A DNA stretch of 64,000 bases from the human T2T-CHM13v2.0 reference genome, Homo sapiens. Both the position numbers and the translations under genes were made by a program. Below the pieces are notes generated by a model. It searched no databases. It saw only the letters and a program-made list of their open reading frames with translations, and had not been told where the DNA came from. Within the stretch, counting starts at the first letter, position 1, and each line of letters opens with the position of its first letter. This document shows positions 59,671-64,000 of the stretch, piece after piece. Location: assembly GCF_009914755.1 (NCBI RefSeq), contig NC_060926.1; one strand, 5' to 3'.

Positions 59671-61935
59671 GGAGTACGAGGCAGAGAATTAAATGCATTG
59701 CAGGGTCATTGGGCCCTTTTTAAAAATAATTTTATCCCAATGCTACTTCCTTGGCGTGTATATTAGTTGTTTCATTAACAATGGCAGCTTTCTGCCATTA
59801 TTTTCTCTAACTCTTCAGACTAGTTTTATTTTTTGGGAAAGCTATCTGTTTCAATTCATAACAGCATATATAAGATAAGGTGCAATCATTAACTTTTAAG
59901 CAAATCATAAATATTTATCTTAAGTCCTACGTTTCTGTATACAGTCAAGATTTTTTTAAAGTTCGTATTTGTATTTTATCTCATTAAGGAAAAGGTCCTG
60001 TTGCAGAGGTCGCATCTGCTCTTGCGTCCCATTAAATCTGAACTATAAGCAGGTAATAACCAAACTGCCAAAATGCATAATGAGGCAAAATATCAGAATT
60101 AGTAGACCTAACTTTGGGAATGCATAAAATGTAATACATGATATTTTCCGAGCTATAATTTCTAGATTCTAATGATGGGGAAAAATGATTAAGCCTTTGT
60201 AATACCAGCTATAATAAAGAGGAAAGAGAAAGCCCATGGGTTAATGGTCTTCTGCTTACAGTGAACCAACAGGCCCATTTATTAAATGCCGTGTGCTTGC
60301 TGCATCAGATCAATTTATCTGCTTAAGCCACATTTTTTCACATCATAGAACTAACCTGAAACTATTTTCCACATTTTATTTTAGACTTTTCACCCGTGTC
60401 AAATAATGTCTACTCTAACCAAGAGCAGTTCTGGGGGAATGGACTGAGTAAAATGGGAGGCCAGACCTGAGCGAGGGTGCCAGCCTCTCCTGGGACTTGT
60501 GATTCAAAGGCAGTAGCAGTGTGACCCTTTAGCCATGGCCTGTTTTTCTTCCTTAAATTCTCTGCTACCCATGTTTCTGGCAATTCCCATATCCTCTGCG
60601 GCGTACAAACAGAAGGACGAAATGCCAACTTTAAAAGGCATGAAAAAGGCCCATTGATAGGGTCATTAGATATAGTAAGTCAAAGCTAATAGGGTTGCTC
60701 GAAGTGTGGACACCTGCATCAGCATTACCTGGATGATGGTGGGGCCTGGGGAGACACAGAGGTGACTAACTTCCCTTCCATACTAGTTTAGAAAATGTAT
60801 GGGCTTCAGCCCTGCCTCTTCTGTACTTTTACAGACAACTCAATATGGCCACTCAGCAATTCATGTGACATTTATCAAGCACCTATGATGTGCAAGGCAG
60901 GATGCCTATAATAGGGGTCAGGAAGATGAATAAAGCCTTACCTGGCCCTTGAAAAGCTCACAGTCCAATAGATGAGTCAGAGACGTTAACTTGGACTTGC
61001 CCTGAGCAGTCGGCTCATCAATTGCTTGCCCTGCTGGTATGCATGTCAGCTATTGGGATCCTTTGTTTGATTGAGGTTACCCACCCCAACACCTTTATGT
61101 TAAACTACCTTACATTTTTTTAATGCTGAGGGAGAGAATGGATCTGATCATAGCAAATAGGAAACGAAATTATGAGCAGGTGTTGGGACCAGTCTCTTTT
61201 AGAATGATAGCGGCAGCTTTCGGCAAAACAAAGACAGCAATTCTGGATGCCTCCACCAAGAAGAGGTGGTCTGGGAGTTTTCCAATGAGAAATGGAGCCA
61301 GCTGAGCAAGCAGTGCCCTGGCGTTGGCCCTGTTCTTCACAGGTGGGTGGGACAAGTTGCTCACCTGCTCTGGACACACACCCCTCACGCATTAAGGGAG
61401 GAGCTGGGTTTGCATCTCGAAAGGCCTCCTCCAGCTTGAAGACTTAAGATTCTATTGATAGCCACTAAGCTTGATGGCAGTTTTCAGAAGGTTCAGGGAA
61501 GAACCGAGCCGACCAGAGGTCAGCTCCTCCAATATTATACCCAAGCTAAGTGGGCAAAGGCATCCAGGGGGAATGGGACGGTGCTTGAGGAAACCAAATG
61601 TGACAAAGCCCCAGAGGAGAACTTACAAATTCTGGGCAGTGGGTGGGGAACCACTGTCATTATATGACCCAGCACGACGCTGGCCACAGAGGGGACACAG
61701 GGGACTCGTGATACTTACAGAGAAGTGGAGAAGAAGATAGAGGCAAGGATGGGAAAGAACAGGGGGAATTTGTGTATGGTATTAAGAAGGAAGTAAAGTG
61801 GACCATTACGTTAGTAATTTGTCTGAGTGGCAGAATCAATTTTAAAACTTTTAATACAGACTTTAATAGAGATATTAGTATTAAAGGAAGAGGGAGTGTC
61901 TTATTAAACAAAGAACAAAAACAATAGCCTTAAAG

Positions 61936-62143
61936 CAGGTTTTCTCAACATTGGTACTTTTGACACCTTGAATTGGATAATTTTTTTTATCACTGGGGGC
62001 TCCCCTGTATGTTGTAAGATGTTTAGCAGCATGCTGTGTCCTTACTCACTAAATGCCAGTAGAATCCCTCCTTCCAAGTTATGCCAACCAAAAACATTGC
62101 TAACATCCCCTGGGGAAAGATCATCTCTGATTGAGACCACTGC
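61936..62143. mobile_element. MER20-like hAT MITE
   Basis: Inverted ends caggttttctcaac / ttgagaccactg. Confidence 0.75.
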
Positions 62144-62519
62144 CTTAAGGGAACAGTGCATTTCACTCCATCAAAATTATTTTTAATCATTGCAACTCCA
62201 TGAGTAAATTTAAAATGCAACACTATCATGAAGGAAGAAATGTACAACATACTATAAAGGACTAAATCCCTTATTATAGAAAGAATTTTTAGGATAAATA
62301 CAAGATAAATGCCTCAGCGAAAAGGGCAAAGAAATAAACAAGCAATCTACAAAATAAACAGTCTACAGAATCATGCCATTTTATACAATCTTAAACACAA
62401 ATAAAATGTTATGTATTTATTTGTATGTATATTTACTGGAGGATGGAAAGGAGGGAGGGAGGAAAACAGAAAAGGAAAGAATGAAGAAGGGAAGCAGGTA
62501 ACTAGAATGGACCATTGTT

Positions 62520-62910
62520 TTAGTGATTTGTCTAAGCAGCAGCATCAGTCAGGGAACTTTTAAAACACAGATTCCCCAGCTCCAGGCCATTCATCAGAAA
62601 CTCTAAAGGTGAAGCCTAGAAACCTGGATCTTTCAACATTTCCCAGATGATTCTGATGCACCTGGCCCCAAAACCAAAATTTAGAAATTGTTAGTACAAA
62701 TTAGAGGTTGGCAAATCACAACCACAGGCCAAATCTGGTTTGTTTTTTGTAAATAAAGCTTTATTGGAATACAACCACAGCCACCTGTTTATGTGCTGAC
62801 TGCTTTTGCAATACACCAGCAGTTGAGTACTGACAACTGAAAGCGCCTGGCCCACAAAGCCTATATGATATTTGTTATCTGGCCCTTTAGTTTCCCAGTC
62901 CCTGATCTAG
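62520..62910. mobile_element. Adjacent MER5A-like (about 62520-62695) and MER58A-like (about 62702-62905) MITEs
   Basis: cagcagcatcag...gatgattctgatgcac; tagaggttggcaaatcacaaccacaggccaaatctgg...atctggcccttta. Confidence 0.65.
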
Positions 62911-64000
62911 ACAGTACAGACTTTGGGGTTCACAAAAGAGGGAAAACAGGTAGGTGGGGGTCACCTGGAAAGACTTCAAAAAAGAAAACTATCTTGAACT
63001 GGGCCCTACAAGTTTGATAGCAATAACATCTATTTTCTCCCCCCATGCAACTCCCTAATTGGACTGGTGTGCACCAAGTGATTAAATAACAGAAGAACCT
63101 TTGGCAAAACAACTTAAAGGACCAGATATTCTTTTAGTCATAATTATGTGCAGGAAGGTTGCAGAATAAATCTTGGTACTATGAAAAGAATGCTCATCTA
63201 GATAGTCCACCTTGAAGCAAGAACACAATGAAGGGTCATACCCCTACCTTTCCTTCACTAGAAGAAATATGGAAATTCTCCCTCTACCTTTCCATCCATC
63301 AGCTGAACTAAATGGAGATGAATGATGAGCAACCCATGCCAAGGCTAAATATAGAACTAGGTGGACCCATGGAAGACGATGGATGGGGAAAGGTCACACA
63401 GACTAAGGGGATATTGAAATAGCAGGAGAGTGACTCTGTCTGCCAGTTGGAGAGGGGGACTACAGCAAAGATGACTCCAGAATTTATAGCTTAGGGTTAC
63501 TGGAGAAATTAGAATGAACAATTGCCACCTGGAGGTACTGTGATATGGGAGAGAAAGACTGGGGTTCCAGTCTCATTTGCAGGTGATGTTGGACAAGGCA
63601 AGAAAGCTTCCTGGGGCTCAGCACACTCAACTGTAAAAGGAAGGGATGGGACTAGAACATTCTAAAGGCGTTTAAGTTCTTAATATTGTGTTTCTATGTC
63701 CAAAACAGGAATTGCAGTGGTTGTAAATGTCATCTTCCTTCTGAAACGCAAATGAACAATGTTGGGGTCCAACTGTCACAGTATTTTTGTCTCAAAAAGA
63801 AATTTTTCCCACCTTCTTCAATAAGGATTTCAACTATATTCCAACACCAACTGCTTACTCACCAGGAATAAAGATATAAAAAAAAATCACTATAGTGCTT
63901 ATGCCAGTAGTAGACTCAGCCAAGAAATGCATCCCAAGATTTTTTTCCCAAATCCAAATAATAAAAATGCTCATTCGCTTTACTGAATCAAGAACTATAT

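Noticed and set aside
59399-59766. Cys/Val- and His/Thr-rich ORFs (also at 31484-31795)
   Set aside because: Artefacts of CA/TG low-complexity repeats.

Overview
This is primate (very likely human) genomic DNA from inside DNER (Delta/Notch-like EGF repeat-containing transmembrane protein), transcribed on the minus strand. Four coding exons were placed by translation and canonical AG/GT boundaries: exon 2 at 54132-54440, exon 3 at 50946-51040, exon 4 at 48424-48590 and exon 5 at 9523-9668. Exon numbering comes from my recall of the DNER protein. The rest is intron filled with Alu, L1, L2, MIR, MaLR/ERVL LTRs, DNA-transposon MITEs and simple repeats; repeat family names and boundaries are by-eye estimates. 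Nearly all ORFs in the supplied track are spurious, and I see no new gene or multi-gene system. The signals most worth testing are: (1) a polyadenylated non-Alu RNA fragment retrotransposed into an Alu linker; (2) a candidate recursive-splice site with a stop-containing exon in intron 5; (3) a UG-flanked candidate cryptic poison exon in intron 3; (4) a 1.9-kb CAT-based higher-order repeat carrying an array of splice-donor-like motifs on the sense strand; (5) a MER85 piggyBac MITE with an intact CSB-PGBD3 palindrome; (6) two short local non-tandem duplications.
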